From the NCBI GenBank assembly GCA_947504795.1, contig CANNJG010000001.1:1-47426 (forward strand): a stretch of 47,426 bases of DNA. The letters are read 5' to 3'. How positions within the stretch are numbered: position 1 is the stretch's first letter; every line of letters starts with the position of its first letter. The notes below the pieces were generated by a model. It made no database searches and was not told the DNA's origin. It worked only from the letters and a program-made list of their open reading frames with translations. A program made the position numbers and the translations under genes. Below, piece after piece: positions 18,530-28,500 of the stretch. This DNA comes from Legionellaceae bacterium (lineage in GTDB: Bacteria > Pseudomonadota > Gammaproteobacteria > Legionellales > Legionellaceae).

Positions 18530-21193
18530 ATGACAAATGAATTATTGAAAGATATCGACCCCGCTGAAACAGCGGATTGGTTGGGAGCACTTGATGCTGT
18601 TCTCGCCTCGGAAGGTACGGCGCGTGCAGCTTTTTTGCTCAGTGAATTATTAGAGCGTGCAAATCAATCAGGTGTGGCGACACAATTGCCGCTCACAACC
18701 AACTATCGTAATACCATTAGGACGCCCGATGAAAAGCCACTGCCTCCTGATGAAGGTATGGCAAAACGTGTGGCTGCGTTGATACGTTGGAACGCAGTTG
18801 CCATGGTGCTTCGCGCCGGTCATAAAGCCCCCGAGCTTGGCGGACATATTGCGACGTATGCCTCGGCAGCAACCTTGTACGAGGTAGGATTTAATCATTA
18901 TTTTAGAGCAAATCATGAAAACAATCTTGCGGATTTACTCTATATTCAAGGACATTCCGCACCCGGTATTTATGCTCGCGCATTCCTGGAGGGTCGTTTA
19001 ACAGAAGAGCAGCTTGGAAACTTTAGACAAGAAGTAGAAGTTGATGGCTTATCGTCGTATCCGCACCCTTGGTTAATGCCCAGTTTTTGGCAATTCCCCA
19101 CCGTTTCAATGGGATTGGGTCCGATACAAGCCATCTATCAAGCGCGTTTTTTGAAATATTTAGAGAATCGAGAATTGCTTGCAGCTTCGCAACGTAAGGT
19201 ATGGGCCTTCCTCGGCGATGGAGAAACAGATGAACCCGAATCATTGGGCGCGCTGTCGATTGCTGCTCGGGAAAAATTAGACAATCTTATTTTTGTGATT
19301 AATTGTAATTTACAACGCTTGGATGGTCCTGTGCGGGGTAATGGAAAAGTGATTCAAGATTTAGAAGGGGTGTTTAGAGGCGCCGGATGGAATGTCATCA
19401 AAGTTGTGTGGGGTGGTCGTTGGGATGCACTTCTTGCAAAAGATACCGATGGACTTCTCCAAAAACGTATGAATGAGTGTCTGGATGGTGATTATCAAAA
19501 CTTTAAAGCCAAAAATGGCGCGTATGTGCGCGATCAGTTTTTTGGTGCCACCCCCGAATTGAAAAAAATGGTAGAGCATTTAACAGATGATGAGATTTGG
19601 CGATTAAACCGTGGCGGCCATGATGCACAAAAAGTATTTGCGGCATATGCAGAAGCCGTAGCACATACGGGTAGACCGACGGTTATTTTAGCCAAAACCA
19701 TCAAAGGGTATGGTATGGGCGCTGCGGGTGAAGGCATGAATATTACGCATCAGCAAAAGAAAATGACAACTGAACAGGTCCGGGCTTTTAGGGACCGATT
19801 TAGCATTCCTATTCCAGACGATCAAATTGAGAAACTCCCATTTTATCGACCGGATGAACAGAGCCCGGAGATCCGTTATTTGAAACAGCAACGCGAGGCT
19901 TTGGGGGGGTATTTACCCACTCGGCATCAAGAATGTGACGCCCTAACAATTCCTGATTTAGATGCATTTGCTAATGTGACGCATAATCTCGGCGATCGAG
20001 AAATTTCTACAACGATGGCTTTTGTTAGGATTTTGTCCGTATTACTAAAAGACAAAGCCATTGGTGAGCGTATTGTTCCAATTGTGCCGGATGAATGTCG
20101 AACCTTTGGTATGGAAGGTCTCTTTAGACAAATAGGGATTTATTCACCGGTTGGTCAGCTCTATACACCAGTGGATCATGAGCAGGTTATGTATTACAAA
20201 GAAGCTAAAAATGGACAAATTTTAGAAGAAGGCTTGTCTGAAGCGGGATCTTTTTGTTCGTGGATGGCAGCAGCAACCTCCTACAGCACGAATCGATTGC
20301 AGATGATACCGTTCTATATTTACTACTCCATGTTTGGGTTCCAACGCATTGGTGACTTTGCTTGGGCTGCCGGCGATATGCAAGCGCGCGGCTTTTTATT
20401 AGGCGGTACGGCAGGGCGCACCACGTTAGCGGGTGAAGGCTTGCAACACCAAGATGGACAAAGTTTTACGATGGCAGGCACGATACCCAATTGTGTAGCC
20501 TACGATCCGACTTTTGCTTACGAGTTAGCTGTGATTATTCAACACGGTATGAAACGCATGTACGAGCAGCAAGAGAATGTGTTCTATTATATCGCCGTCA
20601 TGAATGAAAATTATACGCATCCTGATATGCCTAAAAGTGCAGAAGAAGGGATTGTCAAAGGCATGTACTGCTATAAAAAAGCAAGCAAGCCGCACGCTTT
20701 ACATGTCCAATTATTGGGAGCGGGTACCATTCTGCGAGAGGTGATTGCCGCCGCCGAATTGTTAGTAAACGATTATAACGTCACGGCGGATATTTGGTCT
20801 GTCACCAGTTTTAACGAGCTCCGCCGGGATGGTTTGGCTATAGAGCGATACAATCGTATGCATCCTGATGCGAAACCAAAGGTGAGTTATGTGACTGAAT
20901 TGCTTGCGGACCAAAAAGGTCCGGTGATTGCGGCTACGGACTATATCCGTGCGTATGCTGATCAAATTCGGCCCTTTATCACATCCGATTATACGGTTTT
21001 AGGTACGGATGGCTACGGGCGGAGTGATACACGTAAACAATTGCGTCATTTTTTTGAAGTCGATGCAAAATATATTGCTGTCAGCGCTCTATATGCGTTA
21101 GCTTCTAAAGGAGAGATTAAACCTTCTATGGTTAAAGAAGCAATGAAACGTTATGGCATCAATCCAGATAAAACAGATCCTGTAACACATTAA
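18530..21193 (+). CDS. aceE: Pyruvate dehydrogenase E1 component (homodimeric type)
   Basis: 887 aa, collinear with E. coli AceE (DPAETADWL..., GHIATYASAATLYEVGFNHYFR, GDGETDEPES, MNENY). Confidence 0.95.
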   Translation: MTNELLKDIDPAETADWLGALDAVLASEGTARAAFLLSELLERANQSGVATQLPLTTNYRNTIRTPDEKPLPPDEGMAKRVAALIRWNAVAMVLRAGHKAPELGGHIATYASAATLYEVGFNHYFRANHENNLADLLYIQGHSAPGIYARAFLEGRLTEEQLGNFRQEVEVDGLSSYPHPWLMPSFWQFPTVSMGLGPIQAIYQARFLKYLENRELLAASQRKVWAFLGDGETDEPESLGALSIAAREKLDNLIFVINCNLQRLDGPVRGNGKVIQDLEGVFRGAGWNVIKVVWGGRWDALLAKDTDGLLQKRMNECLDGDYQNFKAKNGAYVRDQFFGATPELKKMVEHLTDDEIWRLNRGGHDAQKVFAAYAEAVAHTGRPTVILAKTIKGYGMGAAGEGMNITHQQKKMTTEQVRAFRDRFSIPIPDDQIEKLPFYRPDEQSPEIRYLKQQREALGGYLPTRHQECDALTIPDLDAFANVTHNLGDREISTTMAFVRILSVLLKDKAIGERIVPIVPDECRTFGMEGLFRQIGIYSPVGQLYTPVDHEQVMYYKEAKNGQILEEGLSEAGSFCSWMAAATSYSTNRLQMIPFYIYYSMFGFQRIGDFAWAAGDMQARGFLLGGTAGRTTLAGEGLQHQDGQSFTMAGTIPNCVAYDPTFAYELAVIIQHGMKRMYEQQENVFYYIAVMNENYTHPDMPKSAEEGIVKGMYCYKKASKPHALHVQLLGAGTILREVIAAAELLVNDYNVTADIWSVTSFNELRRDGLAIERYNRMHPDAKPKVSYVTELLADQKGPVIAATDYIRAYADQIRPFITSDYTVLGTDGYGRSDTRKQLRHFFEVDAKYIAVSALYALASKGEIKPSMVKEAMKRYGINPDKTDPVTH

Positions 21194-21206
21194 TTGAGAG
21201 GGCTAT

Positions 21207-22514
21207 ATGGGAGCAACGCAGAATATTGTAGTGCCAGATATCGGTGGCAGTTCGGAGGTTGATGTTATCGAGTTGTTAGTTAAACCAGGCGATACAATCG
21301 ACATTGAAACCCCTTTAATTACATTGGAATCTGACAAAGCTACGATGGATATCCCTTCTCCTGCGGCAGGGGTCGTTGTTGCATTGAAAGTGAAAGTAGG
21401 GGATAAAGTTTCCGAAGGCGATCTTATTTTAGTGATGGAGGATCAAGGTGGCACAACGACTATTCCTGAAAAGCAGGCTTCGCAAGCAGCGACTTTGCCA
21501 GCGACGCATCCTACCCTTGAGCCGCATACAGCTTCAGTTATCGAAGAACTGCCGCCTAAAACGACCGATATGCCGCCACCTGCAGCAGAATTCGTCCCCA
21601 AACCATTAAACGAATTGATATTAGCTGGACCCGCTGCGCGTCGCCTAGCACGGGTTTTGGGTGTTGAGTTAGAGGAGGTTGCGGGTTCTGGTCGCAAAGC
21701 ACGGATTAGCAAGGAAGACATTGAAGCGTTTGTAAAGCAACAATTAAGTGGTATGGGTAGTGCTGGACAAGCTGCGTTTGCTGTGCCAAAAGCCAAACCC
21801 ATTGATTTTACGAAATTTGGTGATATTGAAACTAAACCTTTGTCAAAAATCAAAAAATTAACCGGGGCTAATGTTCACCAATCTTGGATTACCGTGCCCA
21901 TGGTCACTCAATTTGATAATGCCGACATTACTGAATTAGAGGCATTCCGTAAATCAGAATCATCGCGTGCTGAAGAAGACGGTTATAAACTCACCGTTCT
22001 TGCCTTCGTGTGTAAAGCGGTTTATCAAGCGTTAGTAAAGTTTCCACAATTTAATAGTTCGCTGGATGCTGGAGGGGAACAGCTGATTTATAAAAAATAT
22101 TTCAATATAGGTATTGCGGTGGAGACGCCCAATGGTTTGGTGGTTGCAGTGATTAAAGATATGCAGAAATTATCGATTGCGGGGATTGCGCGAGAGATGG
22201 CGCACCTGAGTTCAAAAGCACGTGATAAGGGTTTGACGCCTGCAGAAATGAGTGGAAGTTGTTTTACAATTTCGAGTCTAGGTGGGATTGGCGGCCATGC
22301 ATTTACACCCATCGTAAATCCCCCAGAAGTCGCTATTTTGGGTTTGTCACGCGCGAGCATCTCACCGGTTTATCAGAATAATGCATTTGTCCCTCGCTTA
22401 GTATTACCTTTGTCGCTAACGTATGATCATCGTGTCATTGATGGTGCGGAAGCTGCGCGTTTTACTCGGTATTTAAGTGACGTCTTGAACGATATTAGGC
22501 GTATGTTGCTTTAA
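21207..22514 (+). CDS. aceF: Dihydrolipoamide acetyltransferase E2, single lipoyl domain
   Basis: One lipoyl domain (LESDKATMDIPSP), a Pro/Ala/Thr linker, a peripheral subunit-binding domain (AGPAARRLARVLGV), and a catalytic domain ending in DHRVIDGAEAARF. Confidence 0.9.
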   Translation: MGATQNIVVPDIGGSSEVDVIELLVKPGDTIDIETPLITLESDKATMDIPSPAAGVVVALKVKVGDKVSEGDLILVMEDQGGTTTIPEKQASQAATLPATHPTLEPHTASVIEELPPKTTDMPPPAAEFVPKPLNELILAGPAARRLARVLGVELEEVAGSGRKARISKEDIEAFVKQQLSGMGSAGQAAFAVPKAKPIDFTKFGDIETKPLSKIKKLTGANVHQSWITVPMVTQFDNADITELEAFRKSESSRAEEDGYKLTVLAFVCKAVYQALVKFPQFNSSLDAGGEQLIYKKYFNIGIAVETPNGLVVAVIKDMQKLSIAGIAREMAHLSSKARDKGLTPAEMSGSCFTISSLGGIGGHAFTPIVNPPEVAILGLSRASISPVYQNNAFVPRLVLPLSLTYDHRVIDGAEAARFTRYLSDVLNDIRRMLL

Positions 22515-22599
22515 TTTTTTAGAGGCTATTCATAAAATCCGTCATACCTCTGCAGGCATGATGTAGTGATTTGAACATTCATATTTTTTAGAGGGTATC

Positions 22600-24033
22600 A
22601 TGACTGAACAGATAAAAACACAAGTAGTGGTATTAGGCGCAGGTCCTGGAGGTTACACCGCAGCATTTCGTGCGGCTGATCTTGGTTTAGAGGTCGTATT
22701 AGTGAATCAGTACGAGGCGTTAGGTGGGGTGTGTTTGAATGTCGGATGTATTCCCTCTAAAGCATTGTTGCATGTCGCAAAAGTATTAGATGATGTGAAA
22801 GATTTAGGATCGCAAGGCGTGTCATTTGATCCGCCTACTCTAGATAATACCAAAATTGTAGATTGGAAGTCTTCTGTGGTTAAAAAGTTGACAGGTGGCT
22901 TAAGTGCGCTCGCGAAACAGCGCAAAGTACAAGTGGTCGTTGGTGAAGCAGCTTTTTCTGGTTCTCATCAAGTTATCGTAACAAAGGACAAAGAGAAGAC
23001 AACAATAGATTTTGAATACGCAATTATTGCGGTGGGCAGTGAGTCCGTTAGTTTTCCATTTATTCCTAAAGATAAGCGCATCTTCAGTTCTACTGGCGCC
23101 TTGAAGCTAGCGGATATCAAGGGACATTTGCTGGTATTGGGCGGCGGCATTATCGGCTTAGAGATGGCGACTGTGTATCGTGCGCTTGGCGTGGAAGTTA
23201 CTGTTGTCGAATTTATGGATCAATTGATTTCGCTTGCTGATGCTGATTTGGTCTCGGTCCTACAAAAACGTATGTCAAAACATGGTGTCAATTTTAAACT
23301 AAAAACTAAAGTAGTTTCAATGGAAGCGACAAAAGAAGGGATTTATGTCGGCATGGAAGGCGAGCATGCGACCGATAAACCGTTATTATATCAACAAGTT
23401 CTGGTGGCTGTGGGACGTAAACCGAATGGGGATACTATTGCCGCAGAAAAGGCTGGTGTCACGGTTGATAAACGTGGATTTATTGCAGTCGACAAACAAA
23501 TGCGTACTAATGTCAAGCATATTTTTGCGATTGGTGATGTGGTAGGCCAACCCATGCTTGCGCACAAAGCCATTCCTGAAGGTCGTGTGGCTGCAGAAGT
23601 TATTGCAGGAAAAAAACATTTCTTTGATCCCAAATGTATTGCTAATGTGGCGTATACGGATCCAGAACTCGCGTGGACAGGCTTGAGTGAAAAAGAAGCT
23701 AAAGCACAGAATATTGCATACGAAAAGGCGGTGTTCCCATGGGCTGCATCAGGGCGTGCCTTAAGTATGGGGCGAGAGGAGGGGTTAACAAAGCTTCTAT
23801 TCTGTCCTACGACAAAGCGTGTTTTGGGCGGTGGTATTGTCGGGGTAAGTGCAGGCGATTTGATTGCCGAAATATCGCTTGCAGTGGAGATGTGCTGTGA
23901 CGTTGAGGATATTGCATTGACCATTCATCCTCATCCAACCGTTTCTGAAACGATAGGATTGTCTGCAGAAATATTTGAAGGGACGATTACCGATTTGTAT
24001 ATGCCTAAAAAGAAAGATAAGAATAAGGCATAA
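22600..24033 (+). CDS. lpdA: Dihydrolipoamide dehydrogenase E3
   Basis: Contains GAGPGGYTAAFRAADLG, the redox disulfide GGVCLNVGCIPSK, and a C-terminal HPHPTVSE interface motif. Confidence 0.95.
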   Translation: MTEQIKTQVVVLGAGPGGYTAAFRAADLGLEVVLVNQYEALGGVCLNVGCIPSKALLHVAKVLDDVKDLGSQGVSFDPPTLDNTKIVDWKSSVVKKLTGGLSALAKQRKVQVVVGEAAFSGSHQVIVTKDKEKTTIDFEYAIIAVGSESVSFPFIPKDKRIFSSTGALKLADIKGHLLVLGGGIIGLEMATVYRALGVEVTVVEFMDQLISLADADLVSVLQKRMSKHGVNFKLKTKVVSMEATKEGIYVGMEGEHATDKPLLYQQVLVAVGRKPNGDTIAAEKAGVTVDKRGFIAVDKQMRTNVKHIFAIGDVVGQPMLAHKAIPEGRVAAEVIAGKKHFFDPKCIANVAYTDPELAWTGLSEKEAKAQNIAYEKAVFPWAASGRALSMGREEGLTKLLFCPTTKRVLGGGIVGVSAGDLIAEISLAVEMCCDVEDIALTIHPHPTVSETIGLSAEIFEGTITDLYMPKKKDKNKA

Positions 24034-24260
24034 TGTATCATCCCTGCCTAATTTTTCGCTCTCGCAAAGGCGCGGATCTAGGCGGGTTTCGCCACCTTGC
24101 CAAATTAAACATAGATGCCCGCCTTCTACTATGAAAAATTCGACCTCTTCAAAGAGATGACCCTAGCGTTTTTTGAAAATATTCATTAATACAAGCATGA
24201 ATTGGACTCTTTACTGACAAGTCATTTTCGGCATTTTAAATGCATACATATAGCTAACGG

Positions 24261-24371
24261 GCGGCCTATGTCCCCTGCGCTACGTCCCGCTGCTTACCAG
24301 CGGGATCCGGTTTTTTCTATCATTGCTGGATCCGGCATAAAGCACGCGACGTAGGCGGCGGAGTAGGTCGC
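24261..24371. repeat. GC-rich inverted-repeat island (MITE-like element, structured RNA or composite terminator)
   Basis: Imperfect terminal inverted repeats GCGGCCTATGTCCCCTGCGCTACGTC (24261-24286) and GACGTAGGCGGCGGAGTAGGTCGC (24348-24371), with the inner 7 bp perfect. An internal hairpin sits at 24284-24306. GGATCCGG is duplicated at 24303-24310 and 24328-24335. The element sits in an otherwise AT-rich spacer. Confidence 0.4.
24284..24316 (+). terminator. Candidate rho-independent terminator (plus-strand orientation)
   Basis: Stem GTCCCGCTG and CAGCGGGAT (one G-U pair), loop CTTAC, then CCGG and TTTTTT (24311-24316). It lies about 250 nt downstream of the lpdA stop, so it could end the PDH operon transcript or an independent small RNA. 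Confidence 0.4.
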
Positions 24372-24407
24372 TAAATGATTCCTAAAATTGATTCGTGTAG
24401 GGTATAT

Positions 24408-25493
24408 TTAGGATCTAACCGTATGTTTAAAACGAACAATTCGTTTAAATGCGTGGTCGATAGCGTCTCGTGGAATGATGCCGTCTAGAACCTGCGACTC
24501 TATCCTATCGATGAGGGTTTTAGGATCTTCTGGGCGATCACTGAGTTGATTACCGATGATAAACATATCTGCGCTCGCTGCAATGGCGAGTGGAATGGCC
24601 TTTTCTAAGCTATAGTGGTCACTGATGGCTTTCATTTGCATATCATCTGTGATGATGACGCCGTCGTAATGAAGCGTTTCTCGTAGGAGCTTGGTTAACA
24701 TCCTGTGAGATAAGGTGGCGGGTAATCCAGAGGGGTCCAGGGTGCGATTAATGATGTGCGCAGTCATAATCATCTGGCACCATTGGGGCTTAGATAAAAG
24801 TAATTGATAAGGGATTAGCTCTTCTTCCTGCCAGGTGGAAGTGACATCGACAAATCCTAGGTGAGAGTCGTCGAGAGAACTGCCATGCCCAGGGAAATGT
24901 TTAAAAGCGCACTGAACGCGTTGTGCGGCAAACGCATCTACAAATAATTGTGCACAATGGGCAACCCGTTTAGGATCGGATGAAAAACTTCGATCCAGTT
25001 TGCCAATGATGGGATTGTGGGGGTTGATGTTCACATCAATTAATGGAGCGAAATCTAGATTAAATCCTAATTCGCGTAACGTATTGGCCATTGTTGAAGC
25101 CGTTTGCAGAATCTCAGCATCTTCCATTTCTGCGATACGGGCCGCTGCTACCGTATCTGGAAAACCAAAAGAGGGTTTGAGTCGATTGACGTTTCCTCCT
25201 TCATAGTCAACTGAAATAATTAGGGGCAGCACAGGATATTGCTTGTGTTGATGCGCTAAAGTATTGGCATGCTGCAAGGTATGATTCAGCTGTTTAACTT
25301 GCTCGGGATTATGTATGTTTTTATTAAATTGGTTTGTTTGAAAATGATAATCAAATAAAATAACCCCACCAATACTTTCGGTTTGTATTGCTTTGATAAT
25401 ACGTGAATGCTCATCCAGAGAATTGCCTTCAAACCCAATAATCAGCATTTGTCCAATTTTATAACGAAGCAGGTTATCCGTGTGCATACGCAT
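24408..25493 (-). CDS. nagZ: Beta-N-acetylhexosaminidase (GH3, NagZ-like)
   Basis: GH3 signature KHFPGHGSSLDDSH, plus SVDYEGGNVNRL and VIITDDMQMKAI. Confidence 0.85.
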   Translation of the reverse strand: MRMHTDNLLRYKIGQMLIIGFEGNSLDEHSRIIKAIQTESIGGVILFDYHFQTNQFNKNIHNPEQVKQLNHTLQHANTLAHQHKQYPVLPLIISVDYEGGNVNRLKPSFGFPDTVAAARIAEMEDAEILQTASTMANTLRELGFNLDFAPLIDVNINPHNPIIGKLDRSFSSDPKRVAHCAQLFVDAFAAQRVQCAFKHFPGHGSSLDDSHLGFVDVTSTWQEEELIPYQLLLSKPQWCQMIMTAHIINRTLDPSGLPATLSHRMLTKLLRETLHYDGVIITDDMQMKAISDHYSLEKAIPLAIAASADMFIIGNQLSDRPEDPKTLIDRIESQVLDGIIPRDAIDHAFKRIVRFKHTVRS

Positions 25494-25530
25494 TTAGTCC
25501 GTGACTACTGTTGGCTGTATCTTAGAAATT

Positions 25531-28500
25531 CTATATCTGAAAGACAAGGCTATCATTATTCTCTTTTTCCTTTTTCTTAGACGTATGACGAAAAAAGTTG
25601 AAACAATTTAAATAACCATCAACCGGTGTCGGCAGGTTAGACGTTTTTGCTAGTGCACTATAGTGTTGCTGCTGTTTGGGTGCTGGGTACAATCCTACCG
25701 CTGAAAGTAGGGCACAAACACACGCTATCAACCATTGAAAATACGTTGTTGATTGATTGTTAGGGTGGTCCAATAATTCTTTTTTGTGTGTTAACGTTAG
25801 TTTTTGAATGGCTCGTAATCGAGCAATTAAGTGGCACTCTAAATCCTGCGGCGTTGTGTCTGGCTGTTTAATCGTTGCCTTTTTGATTTCTTTCAGAAGC
25901 CGCTTTTTCTGATCCCTTGATGCTTGATCTAAGGTCTTATCGGTATTAAGGTAGGTTTTAAATGCTTCAATCATCGAGAGGGCAGTGTCGAGTTGCTTGT
26001 AATAGGGCTTGTAGATTCTAACAAATTCCTCATGAGCTGCATCAAGCTTTGTTTTAATCAACGTGTCGACTGCCTCGACGTTTATGATATCTTGCGATTC
26101 GGTTAGTAACGTTTCTAGTTGTTTGGAAAAATAAGCTTTTAGCATGGTCGCATATTCGCTTGCGATGCTTTTGTCTGAAAGTGATTTTGGGGGACGACAG
26201 TATCGTTCTACTTGCTCATTAAAATAATGGGCAGCAAAAGATCGACGATAATTTTTTTGAAACTCGTTTTTACCTTCCAATTCTTTATCAAGATATTGAA
26301 TTTTTACATTGGAATTCTCGATGGACAACTCAGTTTTCGCCAGGGAACTTTTAAGGTTTTCTTCAAGGGCCGTTAGTTTGTTTAAAATAGCGTCAGCATT
26401 ATAAGATTCTAAGAAAATATTTTGACCGTCATTAAATAAAGGTCTAAGTTCTTCATTATACATGTTTAAAAGACTTGGATTCATCCCAATTGGGTTGGTC
26501 TGTGCGGGATATTTTTGATACCTTTTTGTAAATTCTTGAGTTATATTTAAATAGCGTTCAATGTGTTTTTTTTCATTGGCATGATCTGAACGGAACGCTT
26601 CCTCTGCTGCTTTTCGATGTTGCGTTGTAACACTGCTACAGACTAGGTCCTCTTTTTTATTAAAAGTCATATCTAATGGGAAAACAAGGCCTTGAAACCA
26701 CAAGTCAAAGCTTTCTTTGGCAGGGTTTGTGAAGGCACCTGGTGGCGTTCCTAGGCTATGTTCTAATCGATCTAAATATTTAATCCATTCCCCAAAGTGT
26801 ACATGATTAATAGCTTCTAGGTTATCTACTACGGCGTTATGACCGATTTTGATTATGTTAGACAATTTTTCTTCTAATTCTATCTTGAGTCGATAAATAC
26901 TCCATCCTGAAAAAATCAAATTCCAATACGATTCAGAATTGTCAATGAGGTAGTCTACTAACAGTGTGGCTTGTTTGGCTTGTCTTTGGGTTTTATCAAG
27001 CGGCGTTACGTGATAGCCTTTCTGGACTAAATTTAAATACAGAGGCTCATGTTTTGGATCATACGTGAGCGTTTCTTGTGTAAAATCAATATTCTCCAGA
27101 AGGGGGATGATGTCGTCTTTTAACCGGCTGCGTTGCCAATAGCCGAACTGGGACTTGCTAAAGAGGTGATACTCCCTACCATGCTGGATCAAGGTTAAAC
27201 GTTCCTGACGGGGTCTCGAAAAATCCGTTATTTCGCTGGATATTCGCATGAGGTGAATGGTTCGCTCCCTATCCCAGGTTTTTCCCTGGGTTAGGGACTG
27301 AATTGTACCAGGAAGAAGATACACTGCATTCATCACATTCCATATGTGTGGATACCGTGCAATTTTTTCAAGCGGTAGGATAGTATTGACATCTGTGGTG
27401 TATGGTCTGATCAACGTTGCACACTTTGGAACGAGTGATAAACCGTCATCGTAGACTTTTTGCAATAAGCCAAACATGTCGGGTTCAGAATATAATGCTG
27501 AACCCAGTTTTAGAAGGGGGACAATATTTTCGGTATATTGAGTGTTGAGTATTTGGGAATTTGTTATTGTTTTTTTTTCAACTCGTTCTAAACTTTCGAG
27601 GCCGATGGCTAATTGCTCTAAATGATAAAAGGTATTCACCAAGCGCATGTAAAATCGGATGGAGGGTGAGGCTTCTGCTTGGGTCGGTATTCTTGAAAAA
27701 GGAACGCCTTGTGGATTAGGTTTGAGAAATGTTTGAACATGCTGATTAAATATTGAAATTGTTTTAAACAATTGGGTTCGAATATAGTCTATATAAGTGG
27801 ATAAATGCTGTGATTGTAAAATAAATTGTTCACGCTGATTGTCTGCTGTCGCTTTAGTATTCGCCGGTCCTTTATTATAGGTATCTTCAGCATTCTGCAG
27901 CCAAACATCGGAGCGATTCCGCCAATATTTTACTCGCTTGGATTGGTCGAAATTAAAGTGCTTTAAATTGTCGTAGAATTTGTCGTTTATTAGAATTTTG
28001 CTGCCAACGGTCTCATCGAAAAAAGAGAAGGCATGGATAAAATATTGATCTAATTTTATGAAATTAGGCAACTCGCTTAAATAAGGTTGAATATATTGAT
28101 ATAAGCGCCTACATTTTTTTTGTAAACACTTGGTGTTGATTGTCAAAGCATCTATTCCGTTTCGGAAATGTTTCTCAATGAGTTGCAGCAGTTCGTCATA
28201 TGCTTGTTTAGCATGGTTGAATTCTTCAATTTTGTTTTGATATAAATGATAGATTGCCCATGTTTCCTCTAATCCTAATGTCGCTGGATCTGAAATTAAC
28301 AGGTTATGTTGATCGTGAGAATTGAGTTCCGACACTTCAACACGTCGTTTTTTTGGAAAAAATTCAGTATTGGTGAGTTTGACGGGTTGAGACAATAGCT
28401 GCGTATTGGCCCAATCTATTGGCACCATCATTAACTCTGATAAGGGTGGGCTATCTTGAAATACGCTGGTTTCTGAGCAGTGCAAAGGTGACGCAAACTT

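Noticed and set aside
22515-22599. Direct repeat TTTTTTAGAGG at both ends of the aceF-lpdA spacer.
   Set aside because: The second copy provides the lpdA ribosome-binding site (AGAGGG). A similar GAGAGGG precedes aceF. This looks like reuse of a Shine-Dalgarno context rather than a repeat element.
23391-23924. 177-aa ORF antisense to lpdA. Similar antisense ORFs occur at 21443-21853 (aceF), 11500-11943 and 11547-11858 (17-kDa lipoprotein gene), 2689-3138 (rodA), 37852-38181 (ligA) and 31622-31972 (exonuclease gene).
   Set aside because: Each lies fully opposite a gene with strong, motif-level homology. Their translations are low-complexity (Ser/Pro/Ala/Arg-rich) with no motifs. They are the usual shadow ORFs of GC-richer coding regions.
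23975-24160. 61-aa ORF spanning the lpdA stop into the intergenic spacer.
   Set aside because: It starts inside lpdA in another frame, has no ribosome-binding site, and gives an Arg/Ser/Pro-rich translation. This is more likely non-coding spacer containing inverted repeats.
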